64,000 nt of DNA from the IMG/VR virus record IMGVR_UViG_3300020404_001964, positions 62,001 to 126,000 of that record; one strand, written 5' to 3'. The DNA comes from an uncultured virus (IMG/VR IMGVR_UViG_3300020404_001964) (taxonomy: Duplodnaviria; Heunggongvirae; Uroviricota; Caudoviricetes). A model generated the notes under the pieces. That model saw nothing but the letters and a program-made list of their open reading frames with translations, did not search any database and was not told the DNA's origin. Position numbers and translations under genes: made by a program. This document shows, one piece after another, positions 1 to 10,008 of the stretch (the first letter of the stretch is position 1; each line of letters opens with the position of its first letter).

Positions 1-378
1 AACAGATTGATAGTCTTCTCCACGAGCAAAGTAAACCCATTTTAATTCATCACCTAATACACCGTTGTTGGCATCCGCATTTGAAATATGTCCTTCGATA
101 CATTTGTAAATTAAACCACCAACTTTTACTAGTTCACCAATTTTGTAAAAAGTAGAAGGTGCCCAATCGCCGGTCCAACTTTGACCGTCCATCATTTGTA
201 CCCATCTTGGAATTGTGTTGTTTAAGTCGTTATAAAAGTTTGTATCAGAAGTGTGTACTTCAACACAAACAAAAACTTTCGCACCGTATCTTAATACGTC
301 ATCTTTTACATAAAGAGTGTTGGCTGACCAATCACCTCTCCATCTAAATCTTATCCTATCTATTCGAAAATCTGCCAT
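1..378 (-). CDS. Virion structural protein with CBM5/12 (ChtBD3)-like W/Y repeats; runs off the window start
   Basis: Not in ORF track. Hand translation from ATG at 378: MADFRIDRIRFRWRGDWSANTLYVKDDVLRYGAKVFVC...WTGDWAPSTFYKIGELVKVGGLIYKC, open to base 1. TAAATA at 396-401. Confidence 0.8.
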   Translation of the reverse strand, partial: MADFRIDRIRFRWRGDWSANTLYVKDDVLRYGAKVFVCVEVHTSDTNFYNDLNNTIPRWVQMMDGQSWTGDWAPSTFYKIGELVKVGGLIYKCIEGHISNADANNGVLGDELKWVYFARGEDYQSV

Positions 379-405
379 TGATTAATTCCTATATGTATTT
401 ATTTC

Positions 406-780
406 CTAACTACTATAAGGTTCCACATATCCTACATATGTGTGAGCCTCGTTAACTTTTAATACTAATTCTCCTTCTTTGTTCACGTAATAAAACAGGT
501 TTCTTCCGTCCCATTTATACTGTTCGTATACTAAATTTGGATAAGTTTTTCTATGTTGTTGATCTCTGCCTTCAAAGAAATCTTCACCTCTACTCCAATT
601 ATTGTAATTTTCATCAATATTTCCTGGTCTATTCAATTGTACACCATCTTCTAGTCTTAATAAATCTGATTTCACCATGTATAATTCGCCGGCATCTGTT
701 CTACGCAAACCATAGAAATATCTATTGTTTGCCAGTGTTTTCTGTAATTCGTCTATGCCTACGCCAAATACTTGTGCCAT
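406..780 (-). CDS. Conserved phage hypothetical (probable virion protein), paralogue of 2095..2556
   Basis: Shares RYFYGLRRTD, EGRD..H....PNL.YEQ..WD and YY.N.EGELV with 2095..2556. Confidence 0.7.
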   Translation of the reverse strand: MAQVFGVGIDELQKTLANNRYFYGLRRTDAGELYMVKSDLLRLEDGVQLNRPGNIDENYNNWSRGEDFFEGRDQQHRKTYPNLVYEQYKWDGRNLFYYVNKEGELVLKVNEAHTYVGYVEPYSS

Positions 781-783
781 TTA

Positions 784-2076
784 TTAACTCACTATGTTGA
801 TTGTGTTACCCATACCAGAATGAATTGTACATTGATAATACAATGTGCTTGGTGCATCCATTGGTACTGTGAATAATTGTGTTCCGTTTTTACTACCACT
901 TACGCCTGATGTGTATGCTGAACCACCATTAGAAACTCTAATTTCAAATGGGTGACTAGCACCAGTGTTGTTCACAAACACATAAGTGTGTCCTCTCATC
1001 AAGTATAATACTGGATCATTTGTAGTAGTTGGAAATCCTGGACCACTAAATGTGTAGTCTGATGAACCATTTGAACTAATGCTCCATCTCATTGTTGGGC
1101 CGTTTTGTTTTACCCAACCTGAGCCATCATAGTACAACACATCACCTTGTGCTGGACTAGAAACTGTTACATCTGATAGATCGTTAAGAGCACTTGCTCC
1201 GCCACCTGCGTCAACAACAAATTCTAATGCTGTACCACCTGCGTTTACTTTAACAAATCTTCCACCTACACCTGTTAGTGTTGAAGGAGTGTCTGATAAA
1301 TCTGTGAACGCCGCTGGAATAGTTGGCTTGTTGTTCAAGTTGTTGTAGTTTAAGAAGTATGTACTATCTAAACCATCTAATGTTCCAGCATCAGCGGCTC
1401 CGCCACCTGCTGTTGAATCATCTCCAGGTACCCATTTTGTACCATTCCATTTTAAAACTTGTCCTGAACTTGGAGCAGATGTTGTTGTATCAACGTCTGA
1501 TAATTTGTCAATTGAAAATGCCGCAACAATTTCTAAACCATCGCTTGTGCCGTTCACTTGTAAAAAGCCACCTGCTAGTCCGCTGTATGATGCTGGAGTA
1601 TCTGTTAAGCCAAGGAAATTAGTTACACCTGAGCCACCGCCACCACCACCGCCGGCTTGTACATCACCTGGTTTCCAAGTTTGTGCACCTGAATCATAAA
1701 TTAATGCTTGTCCGTTCGTTGGTGTTGCTGTTAAGTCAACATCTGAAAACATTCCGATAGATTTATTCGCATCTGCTAGTTTTACCCAAGCACCTGCGTG
1801 AGCGTAGTAGGAGGCATTCTCACCGTGTACATGAGCAAACATTCCATGATACGTTCCTGCATCTGGTAATTCTGCTAGAGTGTTATATAAAAAAGTTATT
1901 TTGTTTGCACCTGTGGCAGTAATCAAATTATTATTGACAACTGTCAAAGTTGTGCCATTTCCAAGAGCCGTATACAACTCCTCGAAATTGTTATTCATTT
2001 TTCCACCAGCAGTCCTTAACGAGTCACCTTGACCGTCATTTGGAATAATACCAGTGTTTATAAGTTGTCGTGTCAT
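784..2076 (-). CDS. Tail fibre/baseplate-attached protein with T4 gp9/gp10-like N-terminus and C-terminal cupredoxin-like domain
   Basis: N-term INTGIIPNDGQGDSLRTAGGKMNNNFEELY; repeated LSDV..T.P..GQ.L.(W/Y)DG..W units; C-term SHPF...LYYQCTIHSGMG. Confidence 0.75.
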   Translation of the reverse strand: MTRQLINTGIIPNDGQGDSLRTAGGKMNNNFEELYTALGNGTTLTVVNNNLITATGANKITFLYNTLAELPDAGTYHGMFAHVHGENASYYAHAGAWVKLADANKSIGMFSDVDLTATPTNGQALIYDSGAQTWKPGDVQAGGGGGGGSGVTNFLGLTDTPASYSGLAGGFLQVNGTSDGLEIVAAFSIDKLSDVDTTTSAPSSGQVLKWNGTKWVPGDDSTAGGGAADAGTLDGLDSTYFLNYNNLNNKPTIPAAFTDLSDTPSTLTGVGGRFVKVNAGGTALEFVVDAGGGASALNDLSDVTVSSPAQGDVLYYDGSGWVKQNGPTMRWSISSNGSSDYTFSGPGFPTTTNDPVLYLMRGHTYVFVNNTGASHPFEIRVSNGGSAYTSGVSGSKNGTQLFTVPMDAPSTLYYQCTIHSGMGNTINIVS

Positions 2077-2094
2077 TCGTTTTTTCCTCCTACT

Positions 2095-2556
2095 TTATCC
2101 TCTATCGAATGTTATTTCATTACTATCCATTAAGTAATTTGTTTTATCCAATGTAAACACAGTTGTTTCTACTATTACAGATTCATCAGTTTGTGGATAT
2201 GTTATTTCTCCATCACCAACGTTACTGTTTATTCTTACAACTAGTTCGCCTTCTGAATTAATATAATAATTTAGATTAACATCGTCCCATCTAAATTGTT
2301 CGTATCTTAAATTTGGAAAAGGTTTAGCGTGGTTCAAATCTCTTCCTTCGTAAAAATCATAACCTTGATCAAAATCTTTAAAGTTGTCATCTATGTTTCC
2401 TGGATTGTTAATTGACACAGGATCGTTTGCAGACAATTGGTCAACTTTACCTATGAATAAAGTTCCTTCGTCTGTTCTTCGTAATCCATAAAAGTATCTG
2501 TCTTTGATACCATTTGCTAGATATACGCCAGTATCCTGTCCAACTGTATTTGACAT
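2095..2556 (-). CDS. Conserved phage hypothetical, paralogue of 406..780
   Basis: Motif identity with 406..780; tight operon packing. Confidence 0.7.
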   Translation of the reverse strand: MSNTVGQDTGVYLANGIKDRYFYGLRRTDEGTLFIGKVDQLSANDPVSINNPGNIDDNFKDFDQGYDFYEGRDLNHAKPFPNLRYEQFRWDDVNLNYYINSEGELVVRINSNVGDGEITYPQTDESVIVETTVFTLDKTNYLMDSNEITFDRG

Positions 2557-2557
2557 C

Positions 2558-2890
2558 TTATGTTATCTCCACGTAACTTAACACACAATCTAATGAGTCG
2601 TTAATATTACATTTTACGTTTAAACTGTTTTGACTTGCTACAATTAATTTTTCTCCTGAGTTTAACACACGTAAACTAGAGTTTGGTGCAATCAAAACAT
2701 CTTTTACTATAAATCCTGTAACTGAGTCTGGAGTTGCTGTAAGTGTCACACTTGCTTCAACAACTGATTCTGTCAAGTTTGCTAAAACCATTCCAATGAT
2801 TGTTGTGTATGATCCTGGTGCGGCTTCGTATACAGCCGTAGTTACAGTTCCTATACTTTTTGTTACAGAGTTTCTAAAATTTGTTGCCAT
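2558..2890 (-). CDS. Small beta-rich virion/tail-fibre-associated protein, paralogue of 10806..11132
   Basis: 110 aa ending VLSYVEIT versus VVSYLEV in the paralogue; shared EK.(I/V)(V/L) motif. Confidence 0.65.
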   Translation of the reverse strand: MATNFRNSVTKSIGTVTTAVYEAAPGSYTTIIGMVLANLTESVVEASVTLTATPDSVTGFIVKDVLIAPNSSLRVLNSGEKLIVASQNSLNVKCNINDSLDCVLSYVEIT

Positions 2891-2897
2891 ATTTTTC

Positions 2898-5800
2898 CTA
2901 TCCCATAAACAGTGCGTATTCCACTGCTATTTCTGTTGCGTCAATAATACTTACAGCACCTGATGAACCTGCGATTGAACCCCATTGGTTCCCATCATAT
3001 AATTCAACACGTTGATCTGCGGTGTTGTAACGTATCATACCTGTTACAGGTGTAATCGGTCTGTTTGCTGTTGTTCCCACTGGAAGCACAAAACCGCCCG
3101 AGTCTGACACATCAATATACCCCGTTCCAGTTGTTTTTAACACAATCGGACTAGATATAATATTAGTTATCGCATTTCCCTCAAATTTGTAGTCTTCAAT
3201 TCTAATGCTACCATTTCCTTGAGCATTTAGGATTAAATCTTGGTCAGTTCCAGTGGTTGTAAGGGTATTTCCACTGATTGTTATATCGTCAACCTGTAAT
3301 GATGTGACATCAAATCTAGTTGGGTTCACATTTGCTACCAAAACTCCGCCAGCATAAAATCTTAATGTGTCATCATCTGCGCCTGGTGTAGCCTCAGCAG
3401 TGATGTATGTGTCTTTATCTAAGTCATAAACACCAGATAAAGCCAACCAGTTCGTTCCGTTATATCCTTCAAACACTGAATCATCAGTGTTATATCTCAT
3501 CATACCTGCTGTAGGTGAGCCTGGTCTTTGAGCACTTGTTCCTGTTGGAATTCTTACTGAACCAGTCCCGTCAACTCTGAACACACCTGAAGCAGGATTA
3601 ACAATGAAGTCTCCTGTATCATTTGTCATTGTGTCACCAGACACTGTAAAGTTTTCAACTCTCACAGAACCTGTGCCACTTGCTCTTAAATCTAAATCAG
3701 CATTTGTGTTGTTAGATGTAATTACATTATTAGTAATATTAATACTGTCAATTTGTGCTTCATTGGCAAAAATTGTATTCCATCTTTTTGTTGCTGAACC
3801 AACATTGTAAGTGTTATCTTGGGCAGGAATAATGTCTGAACCTATACCTGCTGTTATGTTGATTGAATCTGTTGTCTCATCACCAATAGTAACATTACCA
3901 CCAATAGTGATGTCACCAGTGATATCTAAATTTCCTGTTATGTTTACATCATCTACAAAATTAATTTGATTGTTAAATGAATCTAAATTTAAATCTCCAG
4001 AAGTTGTTGTAATTGTATTTCCAGAAATTTGTACATTTCCTGTTTCAACTTTGTCACCTGCTATTACTGTAACATTAGGTCCTGATGTAAATGTCAATGC
4101 TTGATCCACATCAATGTTCAATGAAGCAGATGTAAAGTTTACTTCACCTGTGTCTTGATTAACATGGAATTGATCACCAACTCTAAAATCACCTTTGTGG
4201 TCAACTGATGAATAGAAAATTTTAGCACCATTTGATGTTACAACTTCATTGGCTTGAATCACTGTTGTTGCATCGTTGTCTACTTCATAATCATTTCCAA
4301 TGTAAGCAAAGTTGTGTGAAATCAAATACATTTTTACACCAACACCATCACCTACTGCACCAAATGTTCCGTAGATTGATGCTGATGCTATTGCTCTAAC
4401 TTCTGCTCCAAAGTCTGTATAATCTACAAGTGTAAAGTTTGTTGCTGTTGCGCCTGTTGAAAATCTAATATCTTGAAGAGCAATGTTTGTATCTAAAATT
4501 GTAGTTGATAGATTTTGTCCATTAAATCTACTTACTAATACTGTGCTGTTATTTCCAATTGCTTCAGTTGTTGGAGGAGTAAAGTTTCCTGAACGTATTG
4601 CTGAACCTTTGTAAATTATAAAATCATCTATGTTTCCAATAAATCCATTGTTGGCATCATAATTGTTACCCATTACAAGTGGTTTAGCCGCACCTAAATC
4701 ATTAGCAACAGTAGCCGATCCAACATTTTGTCCTGCAACATACATTGTTACAGTGTTACTGCTTCTTACTAATGAGAAGTGTGTCCAAGTGTTTAAGTTA
4801 AAGCCTTGACTTCCTATTATAACATCAGCACCGTTAACATAAAGTTTAGGTCCGTTGTTTGTCATATACAACATCAATGAATACTCTATCGATGTGTTGT
4901 TTCTAAAATCAAACACTGTTGTTGATTGAAGTGTTGTTGGGTATGCCCAAAATTCTATTGTAAAATCTCCTGTGCCAAATCCAAAGTCTGCTGTCGTTCC
5001 TATTGACGCACTGTCTCCTACACCATCAAGAAGTAAACTTGATTGTCCAAATTTGTAAACAGATGTATCTAATTTAGCATCACCGTTGGCTGTAATTTGT
5101 TTTCCTGTTGTTTCTGGTGGCATAGCAAATCCAGTAGATTTACCATCAATAATTATTTTGCCATTGTCTACAGATTCAACTGTTCCAGATGCTAGTTGTG
5201 TTACTCCATCTGTGTCATAATAAGATATTACGTGTCCTGCCGCTACAGGTGTGCCTGAAAAACCTGAAACTTTTAATTGTGTTTTACCATCTTCAGCCAA
5301 ACCAGTTGTGCCGTCAACAGCATAGATACTTCTTGCCGCAAAATAAGTGAAAGAGTTTAACCATTCTATTCTAACACCGTTTGTAAGTGTGATCGCATCT
5401 ACACCTGGTGTAATAAATGTTGCGTTTTGAAACAAACAACTTGCTTCGTTAGAAGCAGGCGTTGCCACTGAACCATCTAGTAAAGCACCTTTACCAGCAT
5501 CACCAGAACCAAATCCTCTTGGATCTAGTGCTGTTGTAACTGAACCTTGTGTAATTACTGTAATATTTCTAATGTAAGGTGATCTTGATGTAACTTGAAA
5601 ACCAGTCGAATCATCTGCACCTGTTGAATTAAATCTAAATGCGTGTCCTGTGTTTGCAGAACTGTTGTAATAAAAACCTGTTATAGTTAAATCTTCAATT
5701 GTTGTTTCGCCATTTAATATAAAAGCGTCATTTGTGTTTGTTAAAGCACTTGGTTGAATTTTTACTGCTCTTAGTCCATCACCTCTAATACTAACTCCTG

Positions 5801-6629
5801 TTGGAATAGTTAATGGAAAATCTTCTGTGTAGGTGCCTGGATAAATGTATACATGGTCTCCAGCAATAGCCACTGATAAGGCTTGTTCAATTGTAGCATA
5901 CGGATCATTTTGGTGTGTTCCTGATTTTGAATCATCACCGTTTGTTGCCACATATATTACTTTTCCTGGACGTGCTGTTAAGTTTAGTCCTTGTACTGTA
6001 ATGTTTCCTGACAGTGCCAAGTTATCCACAGTCAAGTTGTTGGCATATGCTTCGTTCCAACGTTTTGCCGCTGTACCTAATTTGTATGTGTTTGATTGAT
6101 CAGGTATAATGTCAGATGTAATATCAGCATTGATTGTGATTGAATCTGTATCATTATCACCAATAGTGATGTTACCGTCTGCTCTAATATTTCCTGTTGC
6201 GTGAATATTTCCTTGTACTTCTGTGTCACCTATAATGTCTACAACACCAGTTCCACTTGTAACAATTTCAAAATTTTGATTGGTATCTGTGGCTTCTATT
6301 CTGTTGTTTCTGATTATAAGGTCATCGACGTGAATTTCGTTGTTGTAGATTATGCCATCTACTGCGTTAAAATTTAATTGAGACTGTGTTGTTGAAATTG
6401 TGTTACCTGTAAGTGTGATATTTCCTACATCTACTTGTCCAGTAACTTCAGCATTTGTTGTACGTGCTGTTCCATTTACATCTAAGGGGTATGCCGGAGT
6501 AGCGGTCTTAACACCAATCCTATTGTTATTAACATCAATGTATAACAAGTTTGTCTCGAAAGCCAAATCTGCGCCATTACGCAGTAAGTTGGACTTCAAG
6601 AGTTGACCTGATATTCGACCTACAGCCAT
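2898..6629 (-). CDS. Tail fibre/spike with beta-helix (pectin-lyase-like) core and inserted LamG/concanavalin-like domain
   Basis: Start re-assigned to ATG at 6629 (AAGGAG RBS; MAVGRISG matches the paralogue's MAVTNVGRISG). IYVATNGDD...PYATIEQAL beta-helix cap; FGTGDFTIEFW...WTHFSLVR...GFIGNIDD LamG motifs; C-term GTTANRP...GMIRYNT. Confidence 0.8.
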   Translation of the reverse strand: MAVGRISGQLLKSNLLRNGADLAFETNLLYIDVNNNRIGVKTATPAYPLDVNGTARTTNAEVTGQVDVGNITLTGNTISTTQSQLNFNAVDGIIYNNEIHVDDLIIRNNRIEATDTNQNFEIVTSGTGVVDIIGDTEVQGNIHATGNIRADGNITIGDNDTDSITINADITSDIIPDQSNTYKLGTAAKRWNEAYANNLTVDNLALSGNITVQGLNLTARPGKVIYVATNGDDSKSGTHQNDPYATIEQALSVAIAGDHVYIYPGTYTEDFPLTIPTGVSIRGDGLRAVKIQPSALTNTNDAFILNGETTIEDLTITGFYYNSSANTGHAFRFNSTGADDSTGFQVTSRSPYIRNITVITQGSVTTALDPRGFGSGDAGKGALLDGSVATPASNEASCLFQNATFITPGVDAITLTNGVRIEWLNSFTYFAARSIYAVDGTTGLAEDGKTQLKVSGFSGTPVAAGHVISYYDTDGVTQLASGTVESVDNGKIIIDGKSTGFAMPPETTGKQITANGDAKLDTSVYKFGQSSLLLDGVGDSASIGTTADFGFGTGDFTIEFWAYPTTLQSTTVFDFRNNTSIEYSLMLYMTNNGPKLYVNGADVIIGSQGFNLNTWTHFSLVRSSNTVTMYVAGQNVGSATVANDLGAAKPLVMGNNYDANNGFIGNIDDFIIYKGSAIRSGNFTPPTTEAIGNNSTVLVSRFNGQNLSTTILDTNIALQDIRFSTGATATNFTLVDYTDFGAEVRAIASASIYGTFGAVGDGVGVKMYLISHNFAYIGNDYEVDNDATTVIQANEVVTSNGAKIFYSSVDHKGDFRVGDQFHVNQDTGEVNFTSASLNIDVDQALTFTSGPNVTVIAGDKVETGNVQISGNTITTTSGDLNLDSFNNQINFVDDVNITGNLDITGDITIGGNVTIGDETTDSINITAGIGSDIIPAQDNTYNVGSATKRWNTIFANEAQIDSINITNNVITSNNTNADLDLRASGTGSVRVENFTVSGDTMTNDTGDFIVNPASGVFRVDGTGSVRIPTGTSAQRPGSPTAGMMRYNTDDSVFEGYNGTNWLALSGVYDLDKDTYITAEATPGADDDTLRFYAGGVLVANVNPTRFDVTSLQVDDITISGNTLTTTGTDQDLILNAQGNGSIRIEDYKFEGNAITNIISSPIVLKTTGTGYIDVSDSGGFVLPVGTTANRPITPVTGMIRYNTADQRVELYDGNQWGSIAGSSGAVSIIDATEIAVEYALFMG

Positions 6630-6750
6630 TGTTTCTCCTTTTACAGCACGGGGATCTTGTCCCACCAACCCTTGTTTTCACCCTACGTTATTCATAGGTT
6701 CTTCGCCGGTTGTACCACGGTTTGTCCTGCTGGACCTGGTCTGATCCTGC
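6630..6750 (-). promoter_or_regulatory. Structured ~120-nt 5' leader of the tail-fibre gene
   Basis: Lies between TAAATA (6759-6764) and the RBS; GC-rich; several hand-found helices (see findings). Confidence 0.6.
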
Positions 6751-6805
6751 ATTAATATTATTTATCGGTATTTCGGTATTATATTGTGTACAAGGTTAAT
6801 TTATA

Positions 6806-9800
6806 CTAGTTTAATATGAGGTTGTAAACCACGTTGAGATCTTGAGCAATTTCGTCTGTTACTGTGACTGATTGTACACCAATTGAAGAAACCCAACCAT
6901 CAACTGCTCCAGCATACACTTCTAAAAGACCACTGTCTGAGTTCCACCATATTGCTCCTAATCTTGGAGTTGTGGCATCTCTTTGTACACCTGTTCCAAA
7001 TGGTCCTACATAACCATTTGTTGAGTCAAATGTTACTGTTCTATTTTGTTTTACACCTGTACCAGTAAAAGTGATATCTGCGTCTACCACACTGTTTTCA
7101 ATAACACCGCCAGATACTGATAGATTAGCAGTGTCTAGTAAAACTTTACCTGTGCCATTTGCTGTAAATCCTGCTTGAGGATTTGAAGCAGTACCCACTG
7201 TAACTGTGTTGCCATCTATAGCAAATTGATCCTGACTTGAAAACCTATTAACAATTAAATTTCCAGCACCATCTATTTCACCAATAGAAGTGTTATCTGC
7301 GTAAAAAGTAAATTTATTATTGCTTAAATCTATGTAAGTGTCTCGGTCACCATCTTTGATTCCATTTAGTGCTATTTTACCTGTTGAAAATAATTCAAAT
7401 TCATTTATACTTGAATCAAATCTTACAGCATTTCCTTGATTAGGATTTTGTGCTGACGTGCCTGATGGTAGCAATATATGACTTGTTGTGTCTATAATTG
7501 TGCTTGTTGCTCCACCACTAAATGCTACATCTCCTTGTTCTGAAGTTACTGTTGTTTTAAAACCAATATCTTCTAAATTAACTTTACCTGTGCCATTTGC
7601 TCTTAATTCTAATTGTGAATTTGTGTCTGTAGTTTGTATTATGTTGTTATGAATATCAATGTTATCTAATGCGATTCTTGATGAATTAGTTGATTTCCAA
7701 TTCTTTGTTTGTGAACCAATGTTGCTTTGAGTGTTGTTCGTTGGTAATAAATCTTGTTCAAACTCCATAGCAAAATCAACAGTGTCACCTGCTTCATTTC
7801 CAAAATTTATTCCTGATCCGCCAATTGTAGCATTACCTGTAACATCTACATTAGGCATTAAAACATTTGAATTTAAATTTATATTATTTGATCCAACAGC
7901 ACTTATTGTAAATCCATTGTTTAAAGTTTGAATTTTATTATCTTTAATTCTAAAATTAGGTACATCTATTTTAGTAGCATCAACAAGAGTTTGTTTACCT
8001 TGTACACCAATTGTTAATGTTGAAGCACCAAGGTCACCTTCATTTACTGCTATTGATGTTGTACCTTTTGCTAGGTCCACAATAAAATTATCACCAACTC
8101 TAAAATCTCCGCCTTGGTCTTGACTAACAAAATGAACTTTAGCATTATTTGTTGTTACAACTTCATTTGCTTGATCAATGCTGTCTACATCATTTTCTAC
8201 ATTTTTTCCTGCACCAACATAAGCAAAGTTATGACTTATCAAATATGCTAAACAACCATTACCGTCTGCTACAACACCTTGATTACCATAAACTGTGGCA
8301 CTAGCAATTACTCTTGCTTCGTTCATTGTGCCTTCTGTTACAGCATTGGCAGTAGCACTTTTGAATGTGTGTGCTGATGTGTTGCTGGATATACCAACAT
8401 TACAAGTAATAGACGTTGCGGTTGTGTCTGTAATTGTAATCTTTTTTCCTGAATAAGGATCTGTTGCTCTTGGGTAAGTGTGATCTGTTTGATGATTGTC
8501 CATAGCACACGTGAAAGTCAAACTGTTATTTGCGATAGTGATTGTTTCACCAACTCTCATCGAGTGATTGCCAACGGTCAAACTCATTACACCAGTCGCA
8601 GGATTATAACTTCCTCCTGTTGGCGTGTATTGATTTAACGAGTGTTCTAAATACAAACCTCTGTTTGCGAAGTACGTAAAGCAATCTATAAATTCTATTC
8701 TTGATCCATTTTTAACTGTAACAGCATCTGCGCCTGGAGTGATAAATGTTACACCATTGAAAAGCATACTTGCTCTTGGAGATGCTGTATCTAAAACATT
8801 TCCATCTACTAAAGCACCTCTACCTGCGTCACCTGAATCAAATCCTCTTGGGTCAGTGGCTGTACGATTGTCGCCTTGAGTAACAACTGAAACGTTTTGT
8901 ATATAAGGTGACTTGGTAACTATACCGGCGTTAGGAGCAAATCTAAATCCATAACCTCTGTCTAGACTAGCACTATAATGGAAATTTTTAATTGTTAAAT
9001 CAGTTACAGAAGAACCATCATTCATTAAAAATGCATCTTGATATCTTCCTGGAACATTTGGTTTAATTGTTACTGAACGGATACCTGCACCTTTTACTGT
9101 TACGTTTGCTGGTACTTCTAAAGGAAATTGTTCTATATAAGTTCCTGGTAAAATATGTAATTGATGTGGTCCTGCTGTGCTTTCTTCAATGTATTGAAGT
9201 GCATGACGTATTGTTCCAAATGCGAAGTTAGGGTGATTACCTGCTAGGTTATCAGTTCCATTTGTACTTACATACCATTTGTTTTCAATACCTAAGTTTA
9301 CTCTTACACCTGCTAAAGAAATAGTATTATCAACAACAATATCATTTAAACCAGTCATGGAACCAACATGAACATCGCCCCAACGTTGTGAAGTTGAACC
9401 AATATTATAAGTGCCTGTGACATCAGGAATTAAATCTGATTCTATATCGCCTTTGAAACTTAAAGTATCTTCTGGACCATCACCACCTATAAAAATATTT
9501 CCGTCAAAAGAAATATCTCCAGTAGCATGAATACTTCCTGTTGTATTAAGGTCTGATGGAATTATTACTTTACCTGTTCCCGGTCCTGGTGCAATTTCAA
9601 TATTTTGACCGTTGTATGCTCTTATACCACTGTTTGTAAATGCTAAATTTCCTGTACGTAATTCAGTCATTTGGAATTTTGTAGTGGCATTCATATTGAT
9701 TGGACCAGTAAATGTTGAGAATGTACTGGTTAAACCATCAATTTCTAAGTTTCCAAATGATGCGGAGTTTGTGGCAATTAAATCGCCTGTGTATCTAGCA

Positions 9801-9967
9801 TTACCATTAACTTGAAAATCTCTTGTAGGAGCATCACTTTTTACACCTATTCTGCCGTTAGTGTGTCCGATGTATAAAAGATCCGTTTCAAAAGCCAAAT
9901 CAGATGTTCTTGTAAGATTTGCTTTTAATAATGGTCCTGATATTCTACCTACATTGGTTACAGCCAT
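6806..9967 (-). CDS. Tail fibre/spike with beta-helix core, paralogue of 2898..6629
   Basis: GRISGPLLKANL..DLAFETDLLY, WYVSTNGTD, SPYIQNVSV, DPRGFDSGDAGRGAL and LISHNFAY shared with the paralogue. Confidence 0.8.
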   Translation of the reverse strand: MAVTNVGRISGPLLKANLTRTSDLAFETDLLYIGHTNGRIGVKSDAPTRDFQVNGNARYTGDLIATNSASFGNLEIDGLTSTFSTFTGPINMNATTKFQMTELRTGNLAFTNSGIRAYNGQNIEIAPGPGTGKVIIPSDLNTTGSIHATGDISFDGNIFIGGDGPEDTLSFKGDIESDLIPDVTGTYNIGSTSQRWGDVHVGSMTGLNDIVVDNTISLAGVRVNLGIENKWYVSTNGTDNLAGNHPNFAFGTIRHALQYIEESTAGPHQLHILPGTYIEQFPLEVPANVTVKGAGIRSVTIKPNVPGRYQDAFLMNDGSSVTDLTIKNFHYSASLDRGYGFRFAPNAGIVTKSPYIQNVSVVTQGDNRTATDPRGFDSGDAGRGALVDGNVLDTASPRASMLFNGVTFITPGADAVTVKNGSRIEFIDCFTYFANRGLYLEHSLNQYTPTGGSYNPATGVMSLTVGNHSMRVGETITIANNSLTFTCAMDNHQTDHTYPRATDPYSGKKITITDTTATSITCNVGISSNTSAHTFKSATANAVTEGTMNEARVIASATVYGNQGVVADGNGCLAYLISHNFAYVGAGKNVENDVDSIDQANEVVTTNNAKVHFVSQDQGGDFRVGDNFIVDLAKGTTSIAVNEGDLGASTLTIGVQGKQTLVDATKIDVPNFRIKDNKIQTLNNGFTISAVGSNNINLNSNVLMPNVDVTGNATIGGSGINFGNEAGDTVDFAMEFEQDLLPTNNTQSNIGSQTKNWKSTNSSRIALDNIDIHNNIIQTTDTNSQLELRANGTGKVNLEDIGFKTTVTSEQGDVAFSGGATSTIIDTTSHILLPSGTSAQNPNQGNAVRFDSSINEFELFSTGKIALNGIKDGDRDTYIDLSNNKFTFYADNTSIGEIDGAGNLIVNRFSSQDQFAIDGNTVTVGTASNPQAGFTANGTGKVLLDTANLSVSGGVIENSVVDADITFTGTGVKQNRTVTFDSTNGYVGPFGTGVQRDATTPRLGAIWWNSDSGLLEVYAGAVDGWVSSIGVQSVTVTDEIAQDLNVVYNLILN

Positions 9968-10008
9968 AGTGCTCCTTTTTTAGTATTTATTGAAATTTGG
10001 TAAAGGTA

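Noticed and set aside
6630..6668. N-terminal extension MVGQDPRAVKGET in the ORF track
   Set aside because: A strong RBS precedes ATG 6629 and the paralogue starts at the equivalent position.
7140..7605. Direct repeat AACTTTACCTGTGCCATTTGC (about 7142 and 7580) as a possible DGR or CRISPR-like repeat
   Set aside because: Only two copies, in frame, encoding the fibre repeat ANGTGKV; no reverse transcriptase gene or spacer array in the window.
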